Shown here: positions 60,414 through 64,000 of the stretch, piece by piece
How positions within the stretch are numbered: the first letter of the stretch is position 1
Layout: each line of letters opens with the position of its first letter
Source of the DNA: Eledone cirrhosa
Lineage: Eukaryota
Direction of reading: 5' to 3'
Length of the DNA: 64,000 bases
Assembly: GCA_964016885.1 (NCBI GenBank)
Contig: OZ024760.1
Location: forward strand, 16,120,001-16,184,000
The notes under the pieces: generated by a model
Told to the model about the DNA's origin: nothing
Seen by the model: only the letters and a program-made list of their open reading frames with translations
The model's database searches: none
Position numbers and translations under genes: made by a program

Positions 60414-60721
60414 GAAATGAAATATAATGTACATTTATTTTTTGTTTAAAATAAAACACACATTTACAATACTTCACATTTAATATTTCGAGTATAAAAA
60501 CTCATATTCAAAGACAATGGAAAGAAAAGGATTATTATAGCAGAATATGAACACGTATTCGTAGCACGACAGCTTCTTGGGGGATCTCGATTCTTCAAAG
60601 AATCTCCCAAGATTCTGGCAGGGGTCAACAACATTAACATCAACAACAACAGAAGTGTCAGACCAAAAATAGCAAGATTCACACACAAAGGTGCTAACAG
60701 GTTTATCAAATATAGCAATAT

Positions 60722-60835
<114 letters not shown>

Positions 60836-63494
60836 CCAAAAGTAACTGGCACAAACCGATTTTGGGCTATCAATAAACGCCACAACATCAACCTTCAACA
60901 ACTTGTCGTGTCAGTTTAATGCCACACCACCATCACCACCACCACCATCACCATCACCACTACCACCACCACACCACCACCACCATCACCATCACCACTA
61001 CCACCACCACACCACCACCAACAACCACATCAATAGGTTTGTTCCAATACGCTGTCAATTGTTACCCAATTTAGAAACACCAATGTCTGGTCTGAGAAGA
61101 GAAGATAAACACAACAAACAATCAAAGAAATGGCGTTTAAAATATCTTGAAAGAAACACCACTAGATGGCGCTGTTGCTGTTGGTGGTGAAGGCTGTAAT
61201 AGTGATGTCGGTGATGATAGTGGTTATTGTAATGGTAATGGTGGTGCTAGTTGCAATGGTGGTAGTGGTGGTGGTGGTGGTGGCTGTGATGGCGGTGTTG
61301 CTGTTGTTGTTATTGTTGTTGGTGGTGGTGGTGGTGGATGTAATGGTGGTGTCGGTTCGTGATGGTGGTTGTTGTAATGGTAAATGTAATGGTGGTGGTG
61401 GTGGTGGCAGTTGTGTTGGCAGCAGTGGTGGTGGTGGCATTGGTGGTGGCGGTGGTGGCAGTGGCAAATGGCAGTGGGGGTGGTGTTGTTGGCAGTGGTG
61501 GTGGTGGTGGTGGCAGTGGCAAATGGCAGTGGGGGTGGTGTTGTTGGCAGTGGTGGTGGTGGTGGTGACACTATCTTAGAGAAACACTCACGTGACACAC
61601 GTCAATGTCAGCCATTATTCTTTTATACTTATCTGTTCTACTTCCCTAACCGCCCCCACCCACTGCCCCACTGCTCCACTGACCCCCCCCCCCCCGGCTT
61701 CCACCCTCTTTCAAACATTATGGCCGGCTTCAACCCGTCAGATCTCACCACCCTTCATTACGACACACAAAATCTATCTTGTTTTACAAATGCTATAATG
61801 TTTCTCCTTTGTTTTTGTTTTATCAACAACAAACCATCGTCTGCTATTTGTGAGATTGTTGTTTGTGGTGGTATTTGTGTTGCTATCGTCCTTCTTTCTT
61901 TGCCATTTTACTTATCGTCTGCTTCAGTCAATCACACATTTTTCACTTCGTTCTACTTGATTTGAATATTAGTGTCTGTGTGTATGTGTGTGTATGTGTG
62001 TGTATGTGCGTGTATGTCCGTGTATGTGCGTGTATGTCTGTGTATGTGTATGTATGCCTGTGCATGTGTGTGTATGTGTGTAAGTGTGAATGCATGCGTA
62101 TATATGCATGAGTGTATGTAAGTGTCTGTGTGTATGTGTGTGTATGTGTGTGTGTGTGTGTGTATATATGCGTGAGTGTATGTAAGTGTATGTGTGTGTG
62201 CGAGTGTGTATGTGTGTGTGCGAGTGTGTATGTGTGTGTGTGTGTAAGTGTGAATGCCTGCGTATATATGTGTGAGTGTATGTAAGTGTATGTGTGTGTA
62301 CGTGTGTGAGTGTATGAGTGCATGCGTGTATACGTGTGTGAATGCATAAGTGTGTGAGTGCGTGCTTGTATATGTGTGCGAGTTTATGAGTGTATGGGTG
62401 TACGACGATATGTCTAAATGTGTATGGCTACATGTGAGTATGTCGAAGTGTATATATGCATGTGTGTATGTGTGTATATGCATGTGTGTATGTGTGTATA
62501 CTGGAATATGTGTATGTGTGTATACTGGAATGTGTGTATGTGTGTATACTGGAATGTGTGTATGTGTGTATAGTGGAATGTGTGTATGTGCAATGTTTCG
62601 TATGATAAACATATACAAGTCTCGCTATAAATATAAACCAGCAAATGTTTTATACTAAAATATATATAAAATAGTATATAATATACACGCCATAGAAACC
62701 GGGATAAACACTGGTCTGAAGAGCGCCCAGGCTTGAGACAGACTTTAGACTAGAGATATACATACGACAGTAAGGTGTGAGCTGAGGGTTATTTGGCTGC
62801 TATTTCTAGCATGTCGAGATTGAGAAGATATGCTGCTGCCATAGGTTATTGTTAAATAAATCATTCAACCTAAGATATCCACCATATATTATTTGATCAA
62901 AGACTTTCCACCATCGATCTTGAGTCACGTGATCTTTACCAATTTTGTTTATTGATTTCTATGTTTGTTTCTTTGATCGATTTGTTCATATTTTTTTTTT
63001 CATTTAATTAATTATTTATTGATATCTCTTCATATCCCCCCCCCCCCTTTCTGCCCCCCCCCCCCCCCAGTTTTGTGAATCAATAAATCACACCAACAAC
63101 ACCATCACCGCCGCCACCACCAGCACCAGCCTGACTAACACCACCACCACCACTACCACCAACAACACCACCACCACTACCGCCACTACCATCACCACCA
63201 CCACTATCAACAACACCACAGCAACAACTACCAGCCTGACCACACCACCACCACCACCATTACCACCACCACCACCACTATACCACCACCAACAACACCA
63301 TCACTAACACCACCACCACCATCAACACCACCACCACCACTACCACCACTACCACCACCAGCACCACCACCACTATACCACCACCAACAACACCATCACT
63401 AACACCACCACCACCTCACCACCACCATCAACAACACCACCATTACTACAACAACAACAACAACTACTACTACTACTACTACTACTACTACAAT

Positions 63495-63880
63495 AACTGT
63501 TTCTACCTTTGGCACAAGACCAGCAATTACCCCAGTGTATTACTGGTATTTTATTTTATCGACCCCGTAAGGATGAAAGGCAAAGTTAACCTCGGCGAGA
63601 TTTGAACTCAGAAAACTGTAAAGGGGCGTACCTCTATGCTGCAAAGCATGGCGTCCGACCCTCTACCGATACTGCCAATTCACAATGGTTTCTACTTTAG
63701 GCACAAAGCCAATAATTTTAGGTGAGGGGGAAAGTCGATTACATCAACCCCAGTGTATTACTGGTACTCTATTTTATCGACCCCGTAAGGATGAAAGGCA
63801 AAGTTAACCTCGGCGGGAATTGAACACAGACTTTAAAGGGGCGTAGCTCTATGCTGCAAAGCATGGCGTCCGACCTTCTA
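63495..63880 (-). mobile_element. Two tandem SINE copies
   Basis: Two units of ttactggta...cgaccccgtaaggatgaaaggcaaagttaacctcggcg...gcatggcgtccgacc. Confidence 0.8.
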
Positions 63881-64000
63881 AACTGTCTTTAACAACAGTC
63901 ATTCCAAATATGTTGGACTCACCTTTTGAAAGGGATTAGGGACGATGTTGTAAATAGGGGTCATTTCCGCTTTAGAACCCGCACCCACCTCTCGCCCTAT

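Noticed and set aside
62712-62750. Possible hammerheads at ctgaagagcg...gagac, 28780-28840 and 36850-36900
   Set aside because: GAAA or the 5' core is missing, or the stems do not pair convincingly

Overview
AT-rich, microsatellite-saturated eukaryotic genomic DNA with a 200-nt N gap at 53203-53402. The SINE families and (TA)n density suggest a coleoid cephalopod, probably an octopus (inference). Almost all listed ORFs are microsatellite artefacts. The one convincing host coding region is a 1410-nt first coding exon (15127-13718, minus) of a SAMD1-like winged-helix chromatin protein. The rest is tRNA-derived SINEs, RTE-type LINE remnants, MITEs and minisatellites. The main observation is a dense set of short, non-coding elements flanked by (TA)n, from at least 7 sequence families. 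They carry type I hammerhead ribozyme motifs (about 19 copies with an intact CUGANGA...GAAA...UH core, read by eye) and often form head-to-head palindromes. This architecture fits non-autonomous Penelope-like or retrozyme-like elements that insert into (TA)n tracts.
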